From an uncultured Ignavibacteria bacterium (GTDB lineage Bacteria; Zixibacteria; MSB-5A5; SM23-73-2), in the NCBI GenBank assembly GCA_964447175.1, contig CAYURP010000012.1, forward strand, positions 1,110 through 65,109: DNA of 64,000 nt, in the 5' to 3' direction. This document shows, one piece after another, positions 35,419-43,827 of the stretch (the first letter of the stretch is position 1; the number at the start of each line of letters is the position of its first letter). Below the pieces are notes generated by a model that saw only the letters and a list, made by a program, of their open reading frames with translations, did not search any database and was not told the origin of the DNA. Made by a program: the position numbers and the translations under genes.

Positions 35419-36189
35419 ATGAAGGATATGAAAGGAATTTTCCCTGGATTTTTTACCATGGGGAGTATGCTCTGCGGATTTCTGTCTATACTTCGGAGTC
35501 TGGATGGGAATGTGGTTCATGCTGTCTGGCTGGTCATACTGGCGGGTTTTTTTGATGCTTTGGATGGCAAGATTGCCCGATTTTCCGGATCTGTTTCCCA
35601 GTTCGGAAAAGAGCTGGATTCCTTTGCTGATCTGGTTTCCTTTGGCATTGCTCCGGCTGTTCTCCTTTATTCCCTCAAGATTCACTATCTGACCGAATGG
35701 GGGTGGATCCTGGGATTTGTTTTCATTTTGTGTGGAGCCTTCAGGCTGGCTCGTTTCAATCTTCGATCGAAATCAGAGCAAACCCTTTACTATATGGGTC
35801 TTCCTATCCCGGTGACAGGCATAACCATTGTCGGATATACCCTTTTCTGCTATGAGCTTTGGGGTCAGTTGAGATATCCGGAGATATTAATTGCCATGAT
35901 TGTGGTCTTCTCCGGGTTGATGGTTTCTGGGCTGACCTATGATACCTTTCCCAGATTTTCCTTGAACACTCAGAAAAATAAGGTTAAATTATTTTGTATT
36001 TTTGTTGCGGTTATAGCTGTTTTGATCAAACCCCGGTTGATGATTTTCCCTTTGGGCCTGATCTATGTGCTCTCCGGGATCGGTAGAGAGGTTTACAAAT
36101 TAGTACACATCGAACGTAAAAATAAAGTGACCCGAAGCCCTCAAAAGGAGTTCAGAGATGATGTCAAACCCTCAAGCTATGAAAAATAA
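35419..36189 (+). CDS. pssA: CDP-diacylglycerol--serine O-phosphatidyltransferase
   Basis: DALDGKIAR, FGKELDSFADLVSFGIAP, RLARFN, GLPIP; adjacent to psd. Confidence 0.93.
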   Translation: MKDMKGIFPGFFTMGSMLCGFLSILRSLDGNVVHAVWLVILAGFFDALDGKIARFSGSVSQFGKELDSFADLVSFGIAPAVLLYSLKIHYLTEWGWILGFVFILCGAFRLARFNLRSKSEQTLYYMGLPIPVTGITIVGYTLFCYELWGQLRYPEILIAMIVVFSGLMVSGLTYDTFPRFSLNTQKNKVKLFCIFVAVIAVLIKPRLMIFPLGLIYVLSGIGREVYKLVHIERKNKVTRSPQKEFRDDVKPSSYEK

Positions 36190-36442
36190 AAAGAAAAGAC
36201 ACTTTCAGGCTGTAATTTACGTTAAATTAAAGGACGGAGTACTGGATCCTCAAGGATCCACCATCAAACGAGCCCTGGGGAATATGGGTTACAGGGGGAT
36301 AGAGGATGTTAGATCAGGCAAGGTTTTCGAGATAACCTTAAACTCCAACAACAAGGAAGAGACAGAAAAGATGTTAGATCAAATCTGCAAAAAGCTTTTA
36401 GCTAACCCGGTAATTGAGAAATATAATTTTGAGGTAAAATGA
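36158..36442 (+). CDS. purS: Phosphoribosylformylglycinamidine synthase subunit PurS
   Basis: [27 protein letters not shown]. Confidence 0.95.
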   Translation: MMSNPQAMKNKKKRHFQAVIYVKLKDGVLDPQGSTIKRALGNMGYRGIEDVRSGKVFEITLNSNNKEETEKMLDQICKKLLANPVIEKYNFEVK

Positions 36443-37143
36443 AATTCGGAGTAATAATTTTCCCTGGATCCAACTGTGACTATGATGCCTACCGGGCAGT
36501 GAAGGATGTTTTAAAAGAGGAGGTGGAGTTTCTCTGGCACCAGGATACCTCCCTGAATGATTGTGACTGCGTGATTTTGCCCGGTGGATTTTCCTATGGA
36601 GATTATCTAAGAACCGGTGCCATTGCCCGTTTTTCTCCCATTATGCGAAGAGTGGTTAAGTTTGCCCAGGAGGGCGGATTAGTTTTAGGCATCTGTAACG
36701 GATTTCAGATACTTTTGGAATCCGGCCTTCTACCCGGCGCCATGCTCAGGAATCAAGGATTGAGGTTCGCGTGTAAATATGTGTATATAAGAACAGAAGC
36801 AACTGCTACACCTTTTACCAATCTGTGCAAAGAAAATCAAGTGCTTAAAATTCCTGTAGCTCACTCGGATGGCAATTACTATATCCCAGAACCAGAGCTG
36901 AAAAGATTAAAAGATAAAAGTCAAATAATTTTTCGATATTGCCATCCCTCTGGAAATCTGGATCCAGTTTATAATCCCAATGGAGCTTTGGACAATATAG
37001 CCGGGATCTGCAATGAAAAAAGAAATGTGCTGGGAATGATGCCCCATCCAGAGAGGGCATCAGAAAAGATCCTGGGCTCAAAAGACGGGGTATATATATT
37101 TAGATCTATTGTGAATTTCCTCAAAAGGGAGAAACGTTTTTGA
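36439..37143 (+). CDS. purQ: Phosphoribosylformylglycinamidine synthase subunit PurQ
   Basis: [35 protein letters not shown]. Confidence 0.97.
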   Translation: MKFGVIIFPGSNCDYDAYRAVKDVLKEEVEFLWHQDTSLNDCDCVILPGGFSYGDYLRTGAIARFSPIMRRVVKFAQEGGLVLGICNGFQILLESGLLPGAMLRNQGLRFACKYVYIRTEATATPFTNLCKENQVLKIPVAHSDGNYYIPEPELKRLKDKSQIIFRYCHPSGNLDPVYNPNGALDNIAGICNEKRNVLGMMPHPERASEKILGSKDGVYIFRSIVNFLKREKRF

Positions 37144-37406
37144 AAACCCTGGATATTACTTTCGTGGTAGTAGCACTAATCCTGGCAGCTGTTATCGGAG
37201 GATTGATCGGGGATATAGTGGGCTCTTTTCTTCTGGAGGGAGCAGTTAAAACCTTATTTGAGAAGTCAATTGACATAGGTCTCAAGCCTTTCACCTGGGA
37301 GCTTTATGCCATATCTTTGACTTTTGGTCTGATGATCAAGATAAATTTCGTTAGCATATTAATGATCATTTTAGTTATAGCGTATTTTAGGTGGTGGCAT
37401 TTATGA
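37140..37406 (+). CDS. Small membrane protein, DUF4321-like
   Basis: Two hydrophobic segments; 'IGL.P....L....LTFG....IN..SI' pattern. Confidence 0.65.
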   Translation: MKTLDITFVVVALILAAVIGGLIGDIVGSFLLEGAVKTLFEKSIDIGLKPFTWELYAISLTFGLMIKINFVSILMIILVIAYFRWWHL

Positions 37407-37440
37407 TTGATTTTACAACGAACAATAATCGGAGGTCAAT

Positions 37441-37665
37441 ATGCTTGGAGGAATTGGAGCACAGGAACTTATCCTGATATTTCTGGTGATCCTTCTTTTG
37501 TTTGGTGCAAAAAGGATACCGGAGATCGCATCCGGATTGGGAAAGGGGCTCAGGGAGTTTAAAAAGGCGATGAGGGAGACTCAAGATGAAATAGAGAAAG
37601 CCGGAGAGGAAAAAAAGACAGAGGATAAGAAAAGCGAAGACGAGTCACCGGAGAAAAAAACTTAG
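37441..37665 (+). CDS. tatA: Twin-arginine translocase TatA/TatE subunit
   Basis: IG..ELILI...ILLLFGAKRIPEIASGLGKGLREFKKA. Confidence 0.95.
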   Translation: MLGGIGAQELILIFLVILLLFGAKRIPEIASGLGKGLREFKKAMRETQDEIEKAGEEKKTEDKKSEDESPEKKT

Positions 37666-37680
37666 TTGGGTGGATAAATT

Positions 37681-38130
37681 ATGGCACTTTTCGATCGGAA
37701 AGATATTCAAAAAATTGCTGCCTGTCTGAAAACCACTTTGGAGAAGGAAAAGGACCATTTCCGGCTGAAGATAGAATCTGAGAAAAGGACTTTGATTCTG
37801 GAGATCTATCCCTCAGTCAAGCTGGGCAAAAAGGAGGGTTCTTTGGTTGTGGTCTATACTCCCAACTCCCATCTTCAACTTCATAACTGCTCAGGTTACG
37901 TGATCTCAGAGGAGTTAGGGGAGGTTACCTTTGTGGGCGAGACAAAAGAAAAGATCTCCGGCTTGGTGGTGGAACGCAAAGCTGCTTGTGCCCTATATGC
38001 TAATGTCAAACGGGAGCTGATCTCAGGCGATTTCACCAAATTGGGCATCGAAGTAATGCTTTCTGGAGTAGCCTTATCCCTGGCTGAGGAGATACTGGAA
38101 AAAACGCAAAAAGATAATTCCTCATCTTAG
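37681..38130 (+). CDS. Hypothetical protein (soluble, beta-rich)
   Basis: 149-aa ORF co-oriented after tatA with host-like codon usage; no motif recognised. Confidence 0.7.
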   Translation: MALFDRKDIQKIAACLKTTLEKEKDHFRLKIESEKRTLILEIYPSVKLGKKEGSLVVVYTPNSHLQLHNCSGYVISEELGEVTFVGETKEKISGLVVERKAACALYANVKRELISGDFTKLGIEVMLSGVALSLAEEILEKTQKDNSSS

Positions 38131-38279
38131 TCTGAGTTTGAGATAACCGTCTCAGATCTACGTAGGACCTCACCCTTTTTCCTTGACAACTGAGGTTTTT
38201 CTGAAGAAACGTAGAGTTGATAATCCCTTGTAAACAAAGCGAGCTTTTCTTCTTAAAACAGGGTTTTTCAGGTGAGATT

Positions 38280-38532
38280 GTAGTTGCTCGACTCATCGAA
38301 CTAACAAGCCCAATAAATTGGGCATCTATGAAAGATCAAGCGGTAGCCATGGGGTAGCCGTCCCCCTTAAGCGGGATGAGAATAATGCTTTGAGTTATGA
38401 TAATTTCGCAACCTAAAGGTTGCGGCTACCATCTTCTGCTACGTTTCATATGTTCTCTGTTAGATGTAGAGGAAAGCTTTAGCTTTCCATTATTTCTTCC
38501 CCCAATCCCTTCCACCAAGTGGAGGTCTAAAG
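38280..38532. repeat. Cluster of REP-like hairpins, last one truncated by IS481
   Basis: GTAG-TTGCTCGA.. (38280), GCCCAAT-AA-ATTGGGC-ATCTAT (38308), GTAG-CCGTCCC..GGGATG (38354), CGCAACC-TAAA-GGTTGCG-GCTAC (38407), GTAG-AGGAAAGC-TTTA-GCTTTCC (38466), half element GGAGGT-CTAAAG (38521). Confidence 0.8.
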
Positions 38533-39771
38533 TGTACTATCAACCTACATCGGTAACAGAACTATCAACTTACATGGGTGACACCTTTTGGCATGTTATC
38601 TTAGTAGTTAGAAACCAGGAGGTAGACATGCCATGGGATAATAAAACCCCATTTGAACAAGGGTGGTTCATGTTACAAAAGCTTTTTCAGGAGAAAACTC
38701 CAGTAACTAAGATAGCAAAGGGGTTTGGTGTTTCCCGTAAGACCTTCTATAAGTTCAAGCAACGTTTTGAAGCTGAGGGAGTTGCAGGTTTACAGGATCG
38801 GAGTCGTGCTCCTCACCAAAGACCCAGAAAGATTCCACAGGTAGTGGAGGAGGCGATCGTAGAACTTCGTTGTCAACATCCTGACTTTGGACCTGTTCGT
38901 CTCCAGGCGGAGCTAAAAAACTTAGGGATAGACCCCCCTTATCATCAAGGGATTCAAAATGTTTTAGTCCGTCATCATCTTAACGGCTGGAACGCTCCGG
39001 AAAAAAGGGAATACCGCCGATTTGAGTGCTCATCTCCTAATGAACTCTGGCAGTTAGATACCAAAGGCTTTTTCATCATCAAGGGTTGGGGTAAAGCTTT
39101 TCCCCTTAACATCCTGGATGGTTATTCCCGTTTTTGCATTGCCAGCCAACTTCTCCCTTTAGAAAGAAGCGAATATATCTTAGATACTTTAGAAAAAGCT
39201 ATTGCCACTTATGGAAGACCTCAATATCTTATGACCGATAACGGAGTCTGGTTTGTTCACAGAGATAAAGCCTTAACCCGAGTGCAGACGTTTCTTAAAG
39301 ATCAGGGTATTTTCCACATCCTCACCGGAGTACGTCGCCCTACTACCATAGGTAAAGTAGAACGATTTCATCGGACTTTGAATCGGGAGCTGATTAAAAA
39401 ATTTCGCTTTAAAGACTTGGTCGAAGCTCAGGAAGCTTTTGATACCTTCCGCTGGTATTATAACTATCAAAGCCACATCAGGCTCTGGATAATCTTCCTC
39501 CCATCTCTCGGTATAAGTTCGTGCAACGACAGTTTCCAAAACCTCCTGTGCCTATCTTCTATCCCCAAGGGAGCTTGTTAAGAAAGATCCGGGGCAATGG
39601 TTGTATTAGTTTCAATGGTAATGAGATTTTCATCTCCCACATACTGATTGGCAAAATTGTTAAAATTGAACAAACCCAAAAAAACTGGGAGATCTATTAT
39701 GATAAAAATCTGATTAAATCTGTAACTCATGTCAGTTGATAATCTTGTAACCTGTGTTACTTGATAATACA
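38533..39771 (+). mobile_element. IS481-family insertion sequence, 1239 bp
   Basis: TGT...ACA ends. 51-bp imperfect terminal inverted repeats (38/51 by hand), each with two internal direct repeats. Transposase inside. No target-site duplication. Confidence 0.93.
38628..39739 (+). pseudogene. IS481 transposase with a 1-bp frameshift near 39472
   Basis: AGGAGG then MPWDNK; HTH; DDE triad WQLDTKG / MTDNG / GKVERFH. After YYNYQ the frame shifts (CAA AG CCA CAT CAG GCT CTG = Q-(R)-P-H-Q-A-L), and the other frame continues to TGA 39739. Confidence 0.88.
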
Positions 39772-39794
39772 CTTTACGCCCGACGAAAATAAAC

Positions 39795-39898
39795 TTATCC
39801 CTCCGCAAAATTTTTATTTTAGGTATATAATTTCACCCACCTTGAGGGCAAGGTGGGTCTATCATATACAAAGGGGAATATTGTAATTTTGTTTTCCA
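39795..39898 (+). repeat. ~104-bp REP-containing direct repeat, copy A (upstream of fibre gene)
   Basis: About 80% identical by hand alignment to 41966-42068; core CCCACCTTGAGGGCAAGGTG hairpin. Confidence 0.85.
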
Positions 39899-40077
39899 TT
39901 CAAATCATGGTTGAGGAACTTAAGTTCAGCTTTTTCCGTTTTAATTATGTTTCAAATTCTAATACTAAAACCAGTTTAACTATTTCGATTACATTCATGT
40001 AAAATTAATCTTGATTTATGTAAAAACCTCCATTAATTATCCGAATATGTTAACTCTTAACCTTTAGGAGGTTTTCA

Positions 40078-41742
40078 GTGAAACGCTTCACTTTAATAGC
40101 TGGTCTTGTTCTTTTGGTGTTTCTTGTCAGCTTGAGTCTGGCTGAAATCCCCAGGCTGATAAACTATCAGGGGATGCTCACAACTCCAGCCGGAAACCCG
40201 GTGACGGATGGGCAATACAATTTAACTTTTAAAATCTATGGTTCTGAATCAGGAGACGATTCCCTGTGGTGGGAGCATCATAGTGGTGTGCAGGTAACCG
40301 ATGGACTGTTTAACGTGATTTTGGGGAGCATAAGTTCGATTTCCTCGTCAGTTTTCCAGGACAGCCTCAGATATCTCGGGATCCAAGTAGAAACTGATCT
40401 GGAGCTCACTCCCCGAATCAGGCTTACCAGTGTAAGTTATGCTTATCGGTCTTTGGTGGCAGATAGCGCAGTTGTAGCTGTATCTGCTCCTACTGGTGGC
40501 GGCTGGATAGATGAGGGGACAGCAGTCAGGTTGGTAACCGATACAGACAAAGTCGGCATCGGGACATCAACTCCCGGCGCACAGCTTGAAGTGTCTTCCA
40601 CTGGTGAGGTGGATATGTGGCTCAACCGCGGGGATAAATCCTGGGCCGCCGTCCTTGACTTCAGAAGAGGGGGAAGCCACGATTGGGCAATCCTTACCCC
40701 CTCGGGCGACACCAGCCTGTTAATTTTAAACCAAAACTTTGATGTAGTGCAGTCATTTCTGCAAAACGGTAATGTTGGTATCGGGACCGCCAGCCCAAAC
40801 GCGAAGCTTGATGTCAGCGGGCATATTAATACCGCTGACTCTTACTTGATAACTGGAAATCGAGTTCTTACTGCTCCGGGTAATGATAATACCTTTGTGG
40901 GTATTAATTCTGGAACTGCTAACACGGGAAACAAAAATACTTTTCTGGGAGAGTCAGCGGGTTTCTTAAATACGTCTGGAAGTGGAAACACATTCCTCGG
41001 TTCAGGAGTTGGATATATGAATACTACAGGTGGAAACAATACTTTCATTGGAAGAGAGGTGGGCAAGCTTTCTACTGGTTCGGATAACGTGTTCGTGGGC
41101 TCTGGTTCGGGTGCCTGGAATACCTCAGGCAGTTTCAATACCTATTTGGGATCAGGTGCAGGTTTTTCTAACAGCAAAGGGATTAACAATACGTTCTTGG
41201 GCTGCAATGCGGGTCTTTATGACACCGGAAGTGGGAATGTCTTTATCGGATATCAGGCTGGATACAATGAAAAAGGCTTCAATAAACTCTATATCGCTAA
41301 CAGCAATGTTAATCCCCCTTTGATTTATGGGGATTTTTCTACTGGTAATATCGGACTGGGCACCACCAATCCAACTCGCAAATTGCACATAGTAGGGGAT
41401 AATCCAAGAATCTTAATTGAGGCCAGTTCAATAAACCCGGAGGTCAACTTCAGGAACAGTGGTGATTCTGATTCAGAATTTTGGTCGTTATATAAACATG
41501 GAACAACCGATGATTTTCGATTCTACCAGAATGGTGACAAAGTCACTATTCAAAACGGCACGGGCAACGTTGGCATAGGGACGACCAATCCGCAGAGAGC
41601 TTTACATATCTCAGACGTACTCCGGCTCCAACCCCGGGGATCAGCTCCATCAAACCCGTCTGAAGGTGATATCTACGTGAGCTCATCAAATCATCACATA
41701 TATTGTTATCTGGATGGCACCTGGAAGCAGTTAGATAATTGA
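40078..41742 (+). CDS. Secreted fibre/adhesin-like protein: INYQG N-terminal domain, G(N)VGIGT repeats, 14-residue Asn/Gly repeats
   Basis: AGGAGG plus GTG start; signal peptide; IPRLINYQG.L; repeats NTFVG/NTFLG/NVFIG about every 14 aa; VGIGT/IGLGT x4. Confidence 0.78.
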   Translation: MKRFTLIAGLVLLVFLVSLSLAEIPRLINYQGMLTTPAGNPVTDGQYNLTFKIYGSESGDDSLWWEHHSGVQVTDGLFNVILGSISSISSSVFQDSLRYLGIQVETDLELTPRIRLTSVSYAYRSLVADSAVVAVSAPTGGGWIDEGTAVRLVTDTDKVGIGTSTPGAQLEVSSTGEVDMWLNRGDKSWAAVLDFRRGGSHDWAILTPSGDTSLLILNQNFDVVQSFLQNGNVGIGTASPNAKLDVSGHINTADSYLITGNRVLTAPGNDNTFVGINSGTANTGNKNTFLGESAGFLNTSGSGNTFLGSGVGYMNTTGGNNTFIGREVGKLSTGSDNVFVGSGSGAWNTSGSFNTYLGSGAGFSNSKGINNTFLGCNAGLYDTGSGNVFIGYQAGYNEKGFNKLYIANSNVNPPLIYGDFSTGNIGLGTTNPTRKLHIVGDNPRILIEASSINPEVNFRNSGDSDSEFWSLYKHGTTDDFRFYQNGDKVTIQNGTGNVGIGTTNPQRALHISDVLRLQPRGSAPSNPSEGDIYVSSSNHHIYCYLDGTWKQLDN

Positions 41743-41809
41743 AGCCCCTAACGACAAAAATAGGAATTCGGTAACCTCATCTTGTCCTTAAGTAGGGTTT
41801 TTCATTTGT

Positions 41810-42187
41810 GTAGAGGAGACCTTCAGGTCTCCAGGGGAGGTGAGAGAATCTAATTGTTTCTGACAGATCTCCGGACCTTGTCCAGCTAATTCTAGGTCAG
41901 AAGACCCAGAACTACCCAGCTAATGAATCGGAGCCATCAAGGATCTGCTACGCGTAGAGGAGGGTTTATCCCTCCGTAAAATTTCTATGTTAGATATACA
42001 ATTTAACCCCACCTTGAGGGCAAGGTGAGGTTACTGTATACAAAGGTGAATACTACAATTTTTTTCCAGAACCTAACTTAAGTTAGGTTCTGGCATTCCC
42101 TTTTTTTCTCCAAAGGGATAAATCTAATTACGCCACCAACATAAAAAATCCCATTGCAAGAAAAAGCACGGATAAATCCGTGCCTAC
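41810..42187. repeat. Cluster of about 8 REP-like hairpins including direct-repeat copy B (41966-42068)
   Basis: GTAG-AGGAGACC-TTCA-GGTCTCC (41810), TTCTAGGTC-AGAA-GACCCAGAA-CTAC (41890), GTAG-AGGAGGG..CCCTCC (41954), perfect 28-bp palindrome at 42066-42093, GCACGGA-TAAA-TCCGTGC-CTAC (42166). Confidence 0.85.
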
Positions 42188-42193
42188 AAATCT

Positions 42194-42214
42194 CTCTCTA
42201 CTCTCTACTCTTCA
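42194..42214 (-). repeat. 7-bp tandem array, 3 units (CTCTCTA CTCTCTA CTCTTCA), same family as 214-290
   Basis: Overlaps the TolC-family stop codon (42205-42207). Confidence 0.6.
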
Positions 42215-43518
42215 CCTATAGCTTTATAATACCTCACCCTGGCAACCAAATAGTCTGCCAGAGCCTGAAGATAATTGGTCTGGGCTATGGTTAGGGCAAG
42301 CTGGGTATCCATCTCCTCCAGGCTGGTGATCACCCCTTCTGCATACTGCACCTTGGCAATTTCTAAGGCTTTCTCTGCCTGGTGGACGTTCTCCCCCTGA
42401 GAGAATATGTTCTCCTTGGCCAGGTTTATATCCGATATAGCCTGGGTTACCTCCAGCTTTATTCCCTCCTGAATTTGCTTCTCAATAATATCTAATTCAT
42501 TTATACTGGATTTTGCCTGTGCCACTTTTGACCTTGTGGCAAATCCATCAAACAAATTTATATTCACCAAAAGACCTATATGCCAATCGTAATCCCACTC
42601 CTGCACGCTGTAAAACGGATTCTGATACGTGTAATTAGCTACTCCATACAAAGCAGGTTTATTATTTGCTTTTACTATGGAGATCGACTTGGAGGCTATT
42701 TTTTTCTGTATGTTAATAGACTTTATCTCCGGCCTTTGCTTAAGGGCAATGATCTCTGATTCCTCCAGTTTAAAGTCCTCAGGCTCGAATTTCAATTCCC
42801 CCAAAAGCTTTATATTTGTTTTTAAGTCAAGCCCCAACAGATTTTTGAACGCATCTAAGGTTAAGTCCTTTGAGTTTTTAGCCTGAGTCAGAGGAGGGAT
42901 GGCATTGGTACGTTGCACCTTTGCTCTTAGGACTTCAAATTCAGATGCCTGGCCAGCTCTAAATCTTGCCTCTACTGTTTTCAAATGTTCTTCCAGATTG
43001 TTCAGAGCCTGCTCTCTTACCTCAACCAGCTTTTCAGCCAGAAGGATCAGATAAAAAGAGGATTCGACCTGGTATTTCACTTCCTGTTTAACTCGATTAT
43101 ATTCCTCCTTGTAAATCTTATGACCAAGTTGTGATATCTGGTAGCTATTTCTTATTCTCCCCCAGGTGAAAAGGGGTTGCTGCAGGGACAAGCCCAAATT
43201 GTAGTTGTTGTGAAAACCGGTCTCCACTTTACTTTCAGGAGCTCCAGGGAAGGCAAAAGTGAAGCTGGGGATAACTCCTAAATATGTATAAGTTCCGGTG
43301 AAAGAGAGCTGGGGGTAAAAGCCCGATTTAGCCTCGTCAACAATAAATTTAGCGGATTCAATTTTTTCCTTCTTTTGTAGAAGAGATTTATTGTTTTTGA
43401 GTGCTATCTCAAGACTCTGATCCAGGGTAAGAAATTGCATTTCCTGAGTCTGAGCAAATCCAAAATTTACAAAAAACAATAAAACAATCAGAAATAATCC
43501 GCATGACTTAAAGGACAT
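42205..43518 (-). CDS. TolC-family outer-membrane efflux protein
   Basis: Signal peptide; L.L...L.IAL.NN, A.SGFYPQL, QPLFTWG, Y..G..T.LE, Y..ARVRY.KAIG. Confidence 0.92.
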   Translation of the reverse strand: MSFKSCGLFLIVLLFFVNFGFAQTQEMQFLTLDQSLEIALKNNKSLLQKKEKIESAKFIVDEAKSGFYPQLSFTGTYTYLGVIPSFTFAFPGAPESKVETGFHNNYNLGLSLQQPLFTWGRIRNSYQISQLGHKIYKEEYNRVKQEVKYQVESSFYLILLAEKLVEVREQALNNLEEHLKTVEARFRAGQASEFEVLRAKVQRTNAIPPLTQAKNSKDLTLDAFKNLLGLDLKTNIKLLGELKFEPEDFKLEESEIIALKQRPEIKSINIQKKIASKSISIVKANNKPALYGVANYTYQNPFYSVQEWDYDWHIGLLVNINLFDGFATRSKVAQAKSSINELDIIEKQIQEGIKLEVTQAISDINLAKENIFSQGENVHQAEKALEIAKVQYAEGVITSLEEMDTQLALTIAQTNYLQALADYLVARVRYYKAIGEE

Positions 43519-43533
43519 CTTACCTCCCGGGTT

Positions 43534-43827
43534 TTAAACGATCTCCTCAAAGGGCAAAACCAGCATTTTTACTCCCTGATCAGGAAACCGTTCTCTTAGT
43601 TTTTTTATTTCCTCAGACAGGGCGTCCTTTTTATCAGAATCCAAAGCAGACATAATCATAGTATTCCACGCAGGCCAGACCTCATCACCCATATGGGGAC
43701 CGGTCTCTCCCATTCCCTTTACCTTATCCCATCTGGTGTAGGCTTTAACCTGTACCTTTTTCAAAACATCTAAAATCTCTGGTTCTAAAGCATTGTTGAA
43801 AATGATATATACTAAGTTCTCTGCCAT
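43534..43827 (-). CDS. P-II-like (PG0541-type) transporter-associated small protein
   Basis: AYTRW..VKG.G.TGPHMG..VWP..N; inside RND operon. Confidence 0.7.
   Translation of the reverse strand: MAENLVYIIFNNALEPEILDVLKKVQVKAYTRWDKVKGMGETGPHMGDEVWPAWNTMIMSALDSDKKDALSEEIKKLRERFPDQGVKMLVLPFEEIV

Noticed and set aside
38397-38627. N-terminal extension of the transposase ORF in the track (start 38397)
   Set aside because: It runs through REPs and the left inverted repeat; the real start is ATG 38628 after AGGAGG.
3111-42187. Hairpin clusters as CRISPR arrays
   Set aside because: Repeats are not identical, spacing is irregular, orientation is mixed, and there are no cas genes.
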